DNA from: Parcubacteria group bacterium Gr01-1014_31
GTDB taxonomy: Bacteria > Patescibacteriota > Patescibacteriia > Buchananbacterales > GWA2-38-13
DNA: 64,000 nucleotides
Assembly (NCBI GenBank): GCA_007376135.1
Contig: VMFR01000001.1
Location: 9,259-73,258, forward strand
Reading direction: 5' to 3'
In this document: piece by piece, positions 7,598-17,726 of the stretch
How positions within the stretch are numbered: the stretch's first letter is position 1
How the letters are laid out: each line of letters starts with the position of its first letter
Made by a program: the position numbers and the translations under genes
Notes under the pieces: model-generated
What the model was told of the DNA's origin: nothing
Databases searched by the model: none
The model's input: only the letters and a program-made list of their open reading frames with translations

Positions 7598-9646
7598 ATG
7601 AGGTTTCACTGGCCGCGGCGCAGCGTGGTGGGCATCGACCTTTCTGACCGGTCGATCGAGGCGTTGCAGCTGAAGCGGTCGCTGGGGAAGCCCGCACTGG
7701 CTGCCTACAGCCGGGTGCAGTTGCCGCCGGGTGTCGTTGAGGACGGGCGGATCCTACAGCCGGCCGCGCTGGTGGAACGGGTGCGCCAGCTGCTGCAGAA
7801 AGCGCGTCCGGAGCCCATTAAGGAGCATCTGTGTGTTATCGCCCTGCCGGAATCCCAGGTCTATTCGCATGTGTTTTCGTTGCCCGCGGCGTTCCAGGCC
7901 GAACAGGTGCGGCGGGCAATCCTCCTGGAGGCGGAGCACTTCATGCCCATCCCACTCAGGGAAAGTTATTTGGATTTTCGTCCTATCGGCGTCCGCGGCG
8001 AGTATCAGGAGGTGGCGTTTGCGGCGACCCGGCGCGGCCTGGTGCATACGTACCTTGAGGTTTTCAAGTCCGCCGGGCTCCAGCCTATCGCCTTCGAGCC
8101 GGAATCCGTCAGTCTGGGCCGGTCGCTGGTGCGCCGGACCTTAGGCGACGGGTCGGCGGCTACTCTTATTGCGGATGTGGGTATGCGTACGACCAATGTC
8201 CACCTCGTGCGCCAGGGTGCGGTCATCGGCAGTTTGACGATTCCGCGGGCCGGCGGTCACTTCACTGAGGCGGTCGCCGCGGCCATGAAGATTTCCCCGG
8301 AGGAGGCCGAGACCCGCAAACTGCAGGTCGGGTTCGACGAGCGGCGGGGCGATGCCGTCCTGGTGTCCGCGCTCTCGTCGGCAGCGGTGCCGATCATCGC
8401 CGAGGTCAAGCGGTTCGTGGCGTACGCGGTCGAACATCGCGGCGTAACCGTACGCCAGGTGGTGTTGGCCGGCGGGTCCGCCTTGCTGCCGGGGTTCCCG
8501 GAATTTTTGTCGGCCCAGTTGAGTTTACCCGTCAGCGTCGGGGAGCCGTTGGCGCGCCTTTGGCAGGGCCGCGTGAAGCTGCCCGAACGCCAGGGCGTGC
8601 TGTATGGCAATGTCATCGGGCTGGCGCTGCGCGGGCTGCACCGCGACCCGGTTGCGGCGGGACCAAATCTGCTGATTCAGGCGCAGGACCGCATCCGCAG
8701 CGAACAACTGCAGCATTTTTTGACCGTACCGAAATTCGATCGGCGGCTGTGGGGAATGGTCGCCGCACTGGTATGCTCCCTGCTGGTGCTGGGGGGGCTG
8801 TTGTGGTACCGATCGGCAACGCCGGCGCCAAACCCGCGCTACGTGGTGGAATTTTCTCCGTTGGACTGGGCCAAGAGTAAGGCGCCGCAGACGACGGAGC
8901 TGGCTATTTCCTTTGCGTCCGCGGAGGCTGTTCCCGCCAATGCGCTTCCCGCGCGATTCCTGGAAGGAGTATTCACCGCCACGGACGTTTTCGCGGCTAC
9001 GGCGTCCGCCACCGTTGCCACCACGGACACGCTGGTGCGATTGGTGAACACGACCGATCGGGACCAGCCACTGGTGTCCAATACCCGGCTGGAGGCAAAT
9101 GACGGAACCACCCTGCGTCTTACCTCCGGGGTCATCGTGCCCGCGGACGGTACTTTGACCATTGCCGTTCCCCTCCCGCCGGACGGTGGAGTGAGCGGGC
9201 GTTTGCGACTGCCGGGGTTGTCGGTTGATGCCCAGCGGTCCATCTACGCCGAAGTCATCCTCCCCGCCGCCGTCATCGGGGCAGGCGATGTCGCCGCGGC
9301 CCGCGAGCGGCTGTTTGCCTCAGCGCGGCAGTTGGCAACCGATGCCTTCGTTGTTCAACAGGAAGCTGAGGAGTACCTGCTGCCGATATTCCCCCCGCTT
9401 GAGGGGGAGGCGCTGACGACGTCGTTGCCAGTCGGAGCATTCGCCGTCGAATTTTCGGCCACGCTGCGCCAACCCTTCGGAGGCATCGTGGTGTTCAAGA
9501 ATGACCTGGTATCGGCGATCACCGCCGCGTTTGGCCCCCTGGAGCAGCCGCTCCAGTCCGTCAGTTTCACGCTTGGCAAGCTGGATTTGGCGGAGCGCCG
9601 GATTTCTGTTATAATAACCACAGCCAGCCCGCCTGTGGAAAAGTAA
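7598..9646 (+). CDS. PilM-like actin-fold ATPase fused to PilN-like TM segment and a ~280-aa C-terminal extracytoplasmic domain
   Basis: N-terminal VVGIDLSDRSIEAL... PilM/FtsA-like fold; single TM (LWGMVAALVCSLLVLGGLLWY) near residue 390. Confidence 0.7.
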   Translation: MRFHWPRRSVVGIDLSDRSIEALQLKRSLGKPALAAYSRVQLPPGVVEDGRILQPAALVERVRQLLQKARPEPIKEHLCVIALPESQVYSHVFSLPAAFQAEQVRRAILLEAEHFMPIPLRESYLDFRPIGVRGEYQEVAFAATRRGLVHTYLEVFKSAGLQPIAFEPESVSLGRSLVRRTLGDGSAATLIADVGMRTTNVHLVRQGAVIGSLTIPRAGGHFTEAVAAAMKISPEEAETRKLQVGFDERRGDAVLVSALSSAAVPIIAEVKRFVAYAVEHRGVTVRQVVLAGGSALLPGFPEFLSAQLSLPVSVGEPLARLWQGRVKLPERQGVLYGNVIGLALRGLHRDPVAAGPNLLIQAQDRIRSEQLQHFLTVPKFDRRLWGMVAALVCSLLVLGGLLWYRSATPAPNPRYVVEFSPLDWAKSKAPQTTELAISFASAEAVPANALPARFLEGVFTATDVFAATASATVATTDTLVRLVNTTDRDQPLVSNTRLEANDGTTLRLTSGVIVPADGTLTIAVPLPPDGGVSGRLRLPGLSVDAQRSIYAEVILPAAVIGAGDVAAARERLFASARQLATDAFVVQQEAEEYLLPIFPPLEGEALTTSLPVGAFAVEFSATLRQPFGGIVVFKNDLVSAITAAFGPLEQPLQSVSFTLGKLDLAERRISVIITTASPPVEK

Positions 9647-9718
9647 GATCACTGGCGGGAGGACGAGAATTATAATTTCAGCGGCAGCAGTTGCCGCCGC
9701 AACCTAACGTATTTATTT

Positions 9719-10234
9719 ATGGCGAGTGCGCGCGCGGTGCTCCGCAGGCAGAACGCGGGGTTTACCCTCATTGAGCTGCTCATTGTCATTGGCATCATTT
9801 CGGTGCTGGCAGCTATTATCTTCGTTGCCGTTGACCCGGCGCGGCGCTTTGCGGAAGCTCGGAACGCTCAACGTTGGAGCGAAGCGAACGCCGTTTTGAA
9901 TGCGATCTTGAAGTGTACCGTCGACAATAACGGCACCCTCCCATCTAATCTGAATACGGCGGCGAGCGGCACGTACTTCATGATCGGGACCGGTGCTGAC
10001 GCGACCAGCTGCACCTCCCAGGCGACGTCGGCCGTTTTGGACCTCGGCGCCTCCACCTGCGAGGGGGCAACGACCCTGGCACCCGATTACATGGCCTCGA
10101 TGCCGGTGGACCCGACGGGGAGCGGGTGGACGGCGGCCAAGTCCGGCTACTACATCATCAAATCCACTTCCGGACGCATCACGGTGGGTGCATGCGCGGC
10201 AGAGCGCGGCGAAGCCATCAGCGTCACGCGATAA
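9719..10234 (+). CDS. type IV pilin / pseudopilin (prepilin-type N-terminal cleavage/methylation domain)
   Basis: leader MASARAVLRRQNAG then FTLIELLIVIGII with Glu at +5. Confidence 0.85.
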   Translation: MASARAVLRRQNAGFTLIELLIVIGIISVLAAIIFVAVDPARRFAEARNAQRWSEANAVLNAILKCTVDNNGTLPSNLNTAASGTYFMIGTGADATSCTSQATSAVLDLGASTCEGATTLAPDYMASMPVDPTGSGWTAAKSGYYIIKSTSGRITVGACAAERGEAISVTR

Positions 10235-10250
10235 AACCAGTATTGCCCTC

Positions 10251-10283
10251 AAGACGGCCCGCAGTGGGCCGTCTTTTGGTTTT
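10251..10283 (+). terminator. rho-independent terminator after pilin gene
   Basis: stem GACGGCCC / GGGCCGTC, 5-nt loop, TTTTGGTTTT. Confidence 0.7.
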
Positions 10284-10378
10284 GCCTGCGTACCTGCGCT
10301 ATACTGCAGAGGTAGGTATGCCCGGCAGGACATGGGCCAATGAACCGGAACAGGATAATCGACTGCGATTAAATATTC

Positions 10379-10402
10379 CCAGGTGGTGACGTGATCACCT
10401 GG
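10379..10402. promoter_or_regulatory. palindromic operator-like site CCAGGTG-GTGACGTGATCAC-CACCTGG (imperfect) immediately upstream of DJ-1 gene
   Basis: 7-bp perfect inverted repeat flanking GTGATCAC core; 23 nt upstream of ATG 10425. Confidence 0.4.
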
Positions 10403-10424
10403 TTTGACCGTTGTACTACCGGGT

Positions 10425-10937
10425 ATGTCTGCCAAAGTCGTGTTCATCGTTGCCCAGCGTGATTTTCGTGATGAGGAGTTGTTGCAGACGCGCGAGGTAC
10501 TGGAGCGTTTCGGCGTGCAAACGTATGTCGCCGCGGATTCCCAAGAGCCGGCGCACGGAAAATTCGGTTCGCTGGTCTTGCCCAGTCTGACCATCCAGGG
10601 GGTCTCGGCGCGGCACTTCGACGGGATCATTTTCGTCGGCGGTCCGGGCGCGCGCGGCCTGTTCGAGAAGCGGACCGTGTTGCGGCGCGCCCAGGAGTTT
10701 GCTCAGGCCAACAAGGTGGTCGCGGCTATCTGCAGCGCACCGACCATCCTGGCTAACGCCGGCCTGCTGATGGGGAAGCGGGCAACCGCGTTCCCCACCG
10801 AGGAGACGGTGCTACGCGATCACGGCGCGGAGTATACCGGCCTGCCGGTCGAAGCGGACGGGAACCTCATCACGGCCAAGGATTCCACCTACGCGCGCGA
10901 TTTTGCCGAGCGCATTGCCTGGGAGCTAGGACGGTAG
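10425..10937 (+). CDS. DJ-1/PfpI family protein (class I glutamine amidotransferase-like)
   Basis: IIFVGGPGA and nucleophile-elbow AAICSAP motifs; start at internal ATG 10425 (MSAKVVFIV). Confidence 0.75.
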   Translation: MSAKVVFIVAQRDFRDEELLQTREVLERFGVQTYVAADSQEPAHGKFGSLVLPSLTIQGVSARHFDGIIFVGGPGARGLFEKRTVLRRAQEFAQANKVVAAICSAPTILANAGLLMGKRATAFPTEETVLRDHGAEYTGLPVEADGNLITAKDSTYARDFAERIAWELGR

Positions 10938-10965
10938 CCCCTGCTCCAGGCGGTCACGAGCACCC

Positions 10966-10995
10966 TTGTTGCATTGGTACCCGTCAATATATAAT
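10966..10995 (+). promoter_or_regulatory. sigma70-type promoter TTGTTG-N18-TATAAT for sodA
   Basis: hexamers at 10966-10971 and 10990-10995, ~30 nt upstream of ATG 11025. Confidence 0.5.
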
Positions 10996-11024
10996 TCAAA
11001 CGCACGTAATTCATCTGCAAACCT

Positions 11025-11636
11025 ATGCCATACACACTGCCCAAATTGGCCTACGCTCTTGATGCGCTGGAGCCGCATCTTGACGCGCGGACGATGGAGA
11101 TCCACCACGGCAAACACCACCAGGCGTACGTCGACAATCTCAATAAGGCCCTGGAGTCCTATCCCGAACTCCAGCGGTTGACCCCGGAAGAGCTGGTGGC
11201 GCAGCTTTCTACGGTGCCGGAAGCCGCGCGCACCGCCGTCCGCAACAATGCCGGGGGACACCTCAACCACAGTTGGTACTGGGAGTGGATGGCGCCGAAA
11301 GCCGCAGGAAAGCCTGACGGAAAATTGGCGAAAGCGTTCGAACAAGAGTTTGGCGGGTTCTCCGGGTTCCAGGAGCAGTTTACCAAGGCCGGCATGACCC
11401 GTTTCGGCAGCGGTTGGGCGTGGCTCGTCATCAAAGAGGGAAAACTTTCGGTTCTCTCGACGGCCAACCAGGACAATCCGTTGACCGACGGCTTTACCCC
11501 GCTGCTGGGCTGCGACGTGTGGGAGCACGCCTACTATTTGAAGTATCAGAACCGCCGGGTTGATTATTTAAAGGCGTGGTGGAGCGTGGTGAACTGGGGA
11601 AACGTCGAAACGCGCTTCGCGAAAACGCAGCGGTAA
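11025..11636 (+). CDS. sodA: superoxide dismutase, Mn-type signature
   Basis: [20 protein letters not shown] (GG = Mn-type), [19 protein letters not shown]; close to E. coli SodA. Confidence 0.9.
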   Translation: MPYTLPKLAYALDALEPHLDARTMEIHHGKHHQAYVDNLNKALESYPELQRLTPEELVAQLSTVPEAARTAVRNNAGGHLNHSWYWEWMAPKAAGKPDGKLAKAFEQEFGGFSGFQEQFTKAGMTRFGSGWAWLVIKEGKLSVLSTANQDNPLTDGFTPLLGCDVWEHAYYLKYQNRRVDYLKAWWSVVNWGNVETRFAKTQR

Positions 11637-11660
11637 CCGGCGAGGTTGGATTTTTTTGCT

Positions 11661-11900
11661 ATGCCCGCCGTCACCATCTATTCCACCCCGACCTGTCCGT
11701 ACTGCAAGATGGCAAAAGCCTACCTGCAGAAAAAGAACGTCCCGTTCACCGACGTGGATGTGTCCGTCGATGCGGCGAAGGCCGAAGAAATGATCGAAAA
11801 ATCAGGGCAACTGGGCGTGCCGGTGTTGGATATCGGCGGCCGTATCGTTATCGGGTTCGATCAGCCGCAGATCGAAGCGGCCCTGGTTGAAATGAAATAA
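11661..11900 (+). CDS. glutaredoxin-family protein (CPYC)
   Basis: VTIYSTPTCPYCKMAK... GVPVLDIGG; start at ATG 11661. Confidence 0.8.
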   Translation: MPAVTIYSTPTCPYCKMAKAYLQKKNVPFTDVDVSVDAAKAEEMIEKSGQLGVPVLDIGGRIVIGFDQPQIEAALVEMK

Positions 11901-11916
11901 ACGTTGCGTTCGCGGT

Positions 11917-12480
11917 ATGCGCCGGAATTATTCCCTTCTTTTTTTCGCCGCGGCATTCGTTACCTTGGCGAGTGTTGGATGCACGCGCACGGCATTGACG
12001 CCGAACGTTGCGCCGCCTGATGCATCCGCACCCGCGGTGCCGTCCAACGGGGAACGCGTTCCCGAAGCGGCGGGCAGCCCGCTCGAGCAGCCCCAGCGGG
12101 CCACCGCGGATACGCCCGTGCCTCCCGCGGTATCCAGCTATCGGCCGTTCACGAAAGATGCCTACGAACAGGCCAAGGCCGACGGACGGCCGATCCTGCT
12201 GTATTTTTACGCCAACTGGTGCCCGTTGTGCGCCGACCAGGAACCGCAGGTGGCCGAACTTTTCCGCAGTCCGGCGATGGCCGATTGGGGGGTGGCGGCG
12301 TTCCGCGTCAACTACAACGACAGCGACAGTGACAGTGATGAGCGGGACTTGGCGGCGGAACTCGGCGTGAACTACCAGCATACCTTTTTTACATTCGACC
12401 GGAGCGGCAAGCAGGTGTGGCGGGCGACCGGCACGCAAACGCCCGCGCAGCTGCGTTCTCGTCTGGAAGCGATCCGGTAA
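11917..12480 (+). CDS. secreted/lipoprotein thioredoxin-like protein (TlpA-like, WCPLC)
   Basis: N-terminal signal ...LASVGC; thioredoxin fold ILLYFYANWCPLC. Confidence 0.7.
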   Translation: MRRNYSLLFFAAAFVTLASVGCTRTALTPNVAPPDASAPAVPSNGERVPEAAGSPLEQPQRATADTPVPPAVSSYRPFTKDAYEQAKADGRPILLYFYANWCPLCADQEPQVAELFRSPAMADWGVAAFRVNYNDSDSDSDERDLAAELGVNYQHTFFTFDRSGKQVWRATGTQTPAQLRSRLEAIR

Positions 12481-12494
12481 CGGCTTGGTTTGGT

Positions 12495-13331
12495 ATGGAG
12501 ACGCTCACTCTGCCATCGTTGCTCGCGCTTTCCGCATTTTCCGGTGCGTTGACCATCGCCGCGCCCTGTATCCTATCGCTGTTGCCCGTGATGCTGGGTT
12601 CAGCCTTGGGGCAGCACCGTCTGCGGCCGCTCTTCATCGTGCTGGGGCTGGTGTCCAGCTTCACCGCCTTCGGCCTGGCGTTCGCGACCTTCACGCGATT
12701 TTTCGGCTTGAACCGAGTGCAATTCCGCCAGATCGCCGTCTGGCTGATCTTTTTTTTCGGGTTGGCGCTGCTGTTCCCGCGCCAGTATGAGCGGATCTCC
12801 GCCGGACTGAAATCCTTGCGTTCCCGCCTTATGCTCCGAATGCGCGGCGGCAATCTTCCCGTGCCGACTTTGCACCGGCCAAGGGCCGGTTTCCGCGGCG
12901 CGTTCCTGCTCGGCGCCTCCATGGGTTTGGCCTGGGTGCCGTGTGCCGGACCGGTGCTGGGTGTGATCTTCACGATCGCTGCTTCGCAGGAAGCCTACGG
13001 AACTGCGGCGCTGCTGTTTGCAGCATACGCAGTCGGTGCCGGCGTGCCGTTGTTGGTGATCGGGTACGGCGGCAATTGGATCGCGGCCAAGACCAGATTT
13101 CTGGCCGGGAAGACCGAACTGGTGCGCCGCATCGCCGGGGCGCTGCTGGCAACCATGGGCCTGCTGATGATCACCGAATTGGACCGCCGGCTGGAAATAT
13201 CCGCTTTCGGCCTGTTCCCGAATACGGTAGGTATCGAAGAGCGCCTGCTGGAAGAGCAGATGGATGAGTTGCCCATGGGGGAACTCGTGGACCCGGGCCA
13301 GAAAATGCCGGTGCTGCCGCGTCAGCCATGA
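12495..13331 (+). CDS. ccdA: cytochrome c-type biogenesis / thiol-disulfide transporter CcdA (DsbD family)
   Basis: two conserved TM Cys motifs APCILSLLP and VPCAGPVL; 6 TM; start at ATG 12495. Confidence 0.75.
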   Translation: METLTLPSLLALSAFSGALTIAAPCILSLLPVMLGSALGQHRLRPLFIVLGLVSSFTAFGLAFATFTRFFGLNRVQFRQIAVWLIFFFGLALLFPRQYERISAGLKSLRSRLMLRMRGGNLPVPTLHRPRAGFRGAFLLGASMGLAWVPCAGPVLGVIFTIAASQEAYGTAALLFAAYAVGAGVPLLVIGYGGNWIAAKTRFLAGKTELVRRIAGALLATMGLLMITELDRRLEISAFGLFPNTVGIEERLLEEQMDELPMGELVDPGQKMPVLPRQP

Positions 13332-14470
13332 AGTCTATGCATCTTCGCGGGTGGTTGAACATCCTGATTAGTATCGCGGTCATCGTCGCGGTCGTGACGG
13401 TCGGCTACCGGCTGATCTATGCGTCCAATCCGCTCAAGCAAGCGGGAGCATTGTTCTCCAGCCTTTTTGACCGTTCGTCCATGCTCCATTCCAGCTTGCG
13501 GCGCGAAGCCGTGCCCGCCCCCGAGTTGGCCGGTATTCAGCAGTGGTTCAACACCGCCGGCAATACGCCCTTGCGCATCTCCGACCTGCGCGGAAAGGTC
13601 GTCATCGTTGATTTTTGGACCTATAGCTGCATCAACTGCATCCGGACCATGCCGTATATCACGGCCTGGGACAAAAAATACCGCGATCGCGGTTTGGTGA
13701 TTATTGGCGTGCATACTCCGGAATTCGAATTCGAAAAGGTCCCCGCGAACGTCGCGGGGAAGATCAAGGAGTACGGCATTGAATACCCGGTGGCGCTGGA
13801 TAGCCGCTACGATACCTGGAACGCCTACGGTAACCAATTCTGGCCGGCCAAGTACTTCATCGACCATGAGGGTAACATCGTCTGGCGCCATTTCGGGGAA
13901 GGCGCGTACGAGGAATCGGAAGCAAAGATCCAGGAGCTGTTGCGCAATGCCGGTTTGCTCGATGATGTCCCGCCGACGGCAGCCGTCAGCCCGAATGTCG
14001 ATTTTTCCCTGATCAAGACGCCGGAACTGTATTTCGGCTATCGCCGGCTGCTGTCGCCGTCCCAGCGGCGGCATTTCGCGCCTGACCAGCTTCGCCCGGG
14101 CGAGGTCAACCGGTACGCCGCGCCGCCAACGTTACAGGAGAACGAATTTACCCTGGTCGGTGATTGGCTGATGGAGGATGAGTACGCCGAGCTGAGATCG
14201 GCGCAGGGGGCGATCCTTATCCGTTACTTCGCCACCAAGGCGAATCTGGTGCTGGAGGCGACCCCTGCTGCCAGGGCGAGCGTGCTCGTGGATGGCGAGC
14301 CGCTCCGGGGCGCGGGTCGCGGGAGCGATGTGCGCACAGACGGAACCGTGGCCATCGGCGAACCAAGACTGTATAATCTGACCGTTGCCGGGGACGACCT
14401 GGGCTGGCATACTCTGGAGGTGCGGTTCGACCGGCCCGGCATCCGTGCGTTCTCGTTCACCTTCGGCTGA
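13328..14470 (+). CDS. membrane-anchored TlpA/ResA-like thiol-disulfide oxidoreductase (redoxin, DipZ C-terminal-like) with ~140-aa C-terminal extension
   Basis: ATGA overlap with ccdA stop; TM anchor; VVIVDFWTYSCINC...YFIDHEGNIV. Confidence 0.75.
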   Translation: MKSMHLRGWLNILISIAVIVAVVTVGYRLIYASNPLKQAGALFSSLFDRSSMLHSSLRREAVPAPELAGIQQWFNTAGNTPLRISDLRGKVVIVDFWTYSCINCIRTMPYITAWDKKYRDRGLVIIGVHTPEFEFEKVPANVAGKIKEYGIEYPVALDSRYDTWNAYGNQFWPAKYFIDHEGNIVWRHFGEGAYEESEAKIQELLRNAGLLDDVPPTAAVSPNVDFSLIKTPELYFGYRRLLSPSQRRHFAPDQLRPGEVNRYAAPPTLQENEFTLVGDWLMEDEYAELRSAQGAILIRYFATKANLVLEATPAARASVLVDGEPLRGAGRGSDVRTDGTVAIGEPRLYNLTVAGDDLGWHTLEVRFDRPGIRAFSFTFG

Positions 14471-14571
14471 ACTGGGTGGCGACCGTTGGCAGACCAACCC
14501 GTTGTGTTATATTATTCACCAGCAGCTTATGCTGCCGGGGAAAATCTCCCCGCGATAATTATGTGTGTGGT

Positions 14572-15390
14572 ATGCGAAAATATTTCGCGTTCATGGCGCT
14601 TGGCGCCGCATTGATCGCGGCCGCTTGCACTCGTCAAGTGCCGCCGCCCCAGGCCGGGGGTAACGACAATGACCAGGCCGCCGTCAGCCCGACGCCCGAT
14701 GTTAGGGCGGCAAAGACGGTCGTCCAGATCCTGAACTTGCGCAGCAAAGCGTTGGCCGGCCAACCGTTGGAGGTGACCTGGCAGGTCAAACCGGAGGATG
14801 GCGCGACCGGTACCATCAGCCATACCGCGTTCCACTACGATGTTATCTCCCATCCGGGCGTGTTGGGCCAGGACGTAACTCCCGCCGCCGCCGGCTACAA
14901 GGAGTTGACGCCGGATTTTGCCCAGGGCGAGTTCCAGGTACCGCGGTCGTTCTCGGCGAAATTGACGCCGCAAGCCGGGAAATTGTACGTTCGGGCGCAC
15001 ACGATCATCGAGGGAAAGCAGTACTGGACCGACGAGGCCGTGGTGGAGGTGGTATCCGACCCGGCAATGATGGGCGAGGGCGGAGACCAGGACGATGAAA
15101 CGGTGAGCGGCGAGGTGAAAACCCTGACCATGACCGCAGAGACTTGGGAATTCGAGCCGTCGACCATCCGGGTGAAGAAAGGCGACCGCGTCAAATTGGT
15201 GGTTACCAGCAAGGACGTTACGCATGGATTGATACTGCCGCAGTACAAGATCGACGAGAAGCTCGAGCCGGGCAAGACGGTGACCGTCGAATTCACCGCC
15301 GATACCGCGGGTGAATTCCCGTTCTGGTGCAATGTACCGTGCGGGGAAGGCCACCGCGAGATGCGCGGTACGCTGATTGTGGAAGAGTAA
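14572..15390 (+). CDS. lipoprotein with C-terminal cupredoxin domain carrying a complete CuA-type site (H-x34-C-x3-C-x3-H-x2-M)
   Basis: signal ...LIAAAC; VTHG...FWCNVPCGEGHREM matches the CuA ligand spacing of COX2/NosZ; no oxidase subunit I nearby. Confidence 0.65.
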   Translation: MRKYFAFMALGAALIAAACTRQVPPPQAGGNDNDQAAVSPTPDVRAAKTVVQILNLRSKALAGQPLEVTWQVKPEDGATGTISHTAFHYDVISHPGVLGQDVTPAAAGYKELTPDFAQGEFQVPRSFSAKLTPQAGKLYVRAHTIIEGKQYWTDEAVVEVVSDPAMMGEGGDQDDETVSGEVKTLTMTAETWEFEPSTIRVKKGDRVKLVVTSKDVTHGLILPQYKIDEKLEPGKTVTVEFTADTAGEFPFWCNVPCGEGHREMRGTLIVEE

Positions 15391-15421
15391 TAAAATTTTT
15401 CGCGCCGACGCGCGTTCCTTT

Positions 15422-15553
15422 ATGGGGTACCTGTGCACTGAGTGCGGCTACTCCACGGAGCATCCAGGGCATTGTCCCGAGTGCGAGTTACTACTGCAGG
15501 AGATTTGCGAGACCTGCGGGCAGTTGCTGGCCGAGTGCGAGTGCGACGATTAG
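15422..15553 (+). CDS. 43-aa Cys-rich peptide (3x CxxC + CxC), zinc-ribbon-like
   Basis: MGYLCTECGYSTEHPGHCPECELLLQEICETCGQLLAECECDD; below track size cut-off; weak RBS. Confidence 0.3.
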   Translation: MGYLCTECGYSTEHPGHCPECELLLQEICETCGQLLAECECDD

Positions 15554-15571
15554 TCGGCGGTGCTGCCGACC

Positions 15572-15603
15572 CACAAGCTCCGGGTAACCCCCGGGGCTTG
15601 TGT
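15572..15603 (+). promoter_or_regulatory. GC-rich hairpin CACAAGC-TCCGGG..CCCGG-GCTTGTG without U-tract
   Basis: 7-bp outer plus 5-bp inner stem; between small ORF and uvrB. Confidence 0.3.
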
Positions 15604-15685
15604 TGCGCCGGTTCCTTCGGTTTGGTAGGATGGAGCAACAATTGAGCCGATTTCAGGGGAACCGCGCGGGTTCCCCGGCTATGCT

Positions 15686-17713
15686 ATGGGAAAATCCCCG
15701 TCTTACGCCCGACCTGCCCCTCGGCGACCACTCTCTGCCGGGCCCGGTTTTGCGTTACGCGCACCGTTCGCGCCGGCGGGGGACCAGCCCGCGGCGATCG
15801 CGGCGTTGACCGAAGGGGCCAAGCCCGGCAGCCAGCAGACGCTGCTCGGGGTCACGGGTTCCGGCAAGACCTTCACCGTCGCCAGCGTCATCAATAATCT
15901 GCAGCTGCCGACCCTGGTACTGTCGCACAACAAGACCTTGGCGGCGCAGCTTTACCAGGAATTGCAGGATTTTTTTCCTGACAACCGGGTGTGCTACTTT
16001 GTTTCCTACTACGATTACTACCAGCCGGAAAGCTACCTGCCGGCCTCGGATACCTACATTGAAAAAGACGTCCTCATCAATGAGAAGATCGAGCAGCTGC
16101 GGCTGGAGGCGGCCACCAGCCTCCTGACACGCCGCGACGTCATCGTCGTGTCGTCGGTGTCCTGTATTTACGGTTTCGGCCGTCCGGAGGACTATGCCGC
16201 CGGCAGCCTGACGGTTACCGTCGGGCAAGAGCTGGACCGCGATGCGCTGCTGCGCCGTCTCGTCGGAATGCTGTATGAACGAAACGACGTGGATCTGCGT
16301 CCGGGGCGGTTCCGGGCTCGCGGTGGCACGGTCGATGTGTTGCCGGGTTCGGCGTTCGCGCACCTGGTGCGATTGACGTTCGAAGGCGACCGCATCGCCA
16401 GCATTACGGAACATCACCGGTTGACGGGTCGCCTCGTGACCGCGCTCGCGGAGGTGACCGTATTTCCCGCTAAGTCGTTCGTCGTTCCCGACGAGCGCCG
16501 CGGGTCGGCAATTTCCGCCATCCGGGCGGAACTGGAAGAGCGCGTGCCCCAGCTGGGGCCGCTCGAGGCCTACCGCCTGCGTCAGCGTACGGAGTACGAC
16601 CTGGAGATGATTGAGCAGCTCGGGTACTGCAAGGGCATCGAGAACTATTCGCGCCACTTTGATCACCGTACGCCCGGTAGTCATCCGTACACGCTGCTGG
16701 ACTTTTTTGAGTACGCCGCGCGCGACTGGCTCATGGTCATGGACGAGTCGCATGCCACACTGCCGCAGGTCGGCGGGATGTACCACGGTGATCGGGCACG
16801 CAAAAAGAACCTGGTGGATTACGGTTTCCGGCTGCCTTCGGCCTATGATAATCGTCCGCTCACGGCCGCCGAGTTCGATGGCTACCTGCGGCGGGTAATC
16901 TACACGTCGGCGACGCCCGCGGCGGAAGAGATCTCCCGTTCCTCGCGCGTGGTGGAGCAGATCATCCGGCCCACCGGGCTGGTCGACCCGCCCGTCGAGG
17001 TCCGGCCCGTGGCCACCCAGGTGCCAGACCTGATCAGCGAGCTTAAATCCACGGTGGCGAAGAATCACCGCGCGCTGGTGACCACGCTGACGAAAAAATT
17101 AGCCGAGGATCTGAGCCAGTATCTGGTCGGCGCCGGTTTGAAGTGCGAGTACTTGCATGCGGAGATCGAGACCCTCGAGCGCACTGAGCTGTTACGGCGG
17201 CTACGCAGTGGCGTTATCGACGTCGTGGTGGGCATCAACTTGCTGCGCGAAGGGCTGGATCTGCCCGAGGTCGCGCTGGTCGCCATCCTCGACGCCGACC
17301 GCGAGGGATTTTTGCGCAATGCCACCAGTCTGATCCAGACCATCGGCCGCGCCGCCCGGAATATCGACGCCAAGGTCATCATGTACGCCGACCGCGTGAC
17401 GGGAGCGATGCGCGAGGCGATACACGAAACCGAGCGTCGTCGCGAGCGTCAGTTGAACTACAATCGCGCTCACCACATTACCCCCCAGGGCATCCACAAA
17501 GCCATCCGCGACATGGCGCCGACGGTGCCCGTCGGCGCGCCGGAAAGGTCCGAGCACCGGGCGGCGCTGGTGGAAGACCTTGATACGCAGATGCGTGAGG
17601 CCGCGGAGGCGTTGGATTTTGAGCGCGCCATCGAGTTGCGGGAAAGGATCAGAACGCTGCAGGCCGGCGTTGCCGAAACGCGTCCCCGTTCGCGGCGGCG
17701 TACGACGGCGTAA
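15686..17713 (+). CDS. uvrB: excinuclease ABC subunit B
   Basis: [32 protein letters not shown], helicase motifs, C-terminal UvrC-interaction region; ~14-aa N-terminal extension relative to E. coli. Confidence 0.95.
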   Translation: MGKSPSYARPAPRRPLSAGPGFALRAPFAPAGDQPAAIAALTEGAKPGSQQTLLGVTGSGKTFTVASVINNLQLPTLVLSHNKTLAAQLYQELQDFFPDNRVCYFVSYYDYYQPESYLPASDTYIEKDVLINEKIEQLRLEAATSLLTRRDVIVVSSVSCIYGFGRPEDYAAGSLTVTVGQELDRDALLRRLVGMLYERNDVDLRPGRFRARGGTVDVLPGSAFAHLVRLTFEGDRIASITEHHRLTGRLVTALAEVTVFPAKSFVVPDERRGSAISAIRAELEERVPQLGPLEAYRLRQRTEYDLEMIEQLGYCKGIENYSRHFDHRTPGSHPYTLLDFFEYAARDWLMVMDESHATLPQVGGMYHGDRARKKNLVDYGFRLPSAYDNRPLTAAEFDGYLRRVIYTSATPAAEEISRSSRVVEQIIRPTGLVDPPVEVRPVATQVPDLISELKSTVAKNHRALVTTLTKKLAEDLSQYLVGAGLKCEYLHAEIETLERTELLRRLRSGVIDVVVGINLLREGLDLPEVALVAILDADREGFLRNATSLIQTIGRAARNIDAKVIMYADRVTGAMREAIHETERRRERQLNYNRAHHITPQGIHKAIRDMAPTVPVGAPERSEHRAALVEDLDTQMREAAEALDFERAIELRERIRTLQAGVAETRPRSRRRTTA

Positions 17714-17726
17714 CTTTTTTTCTATT

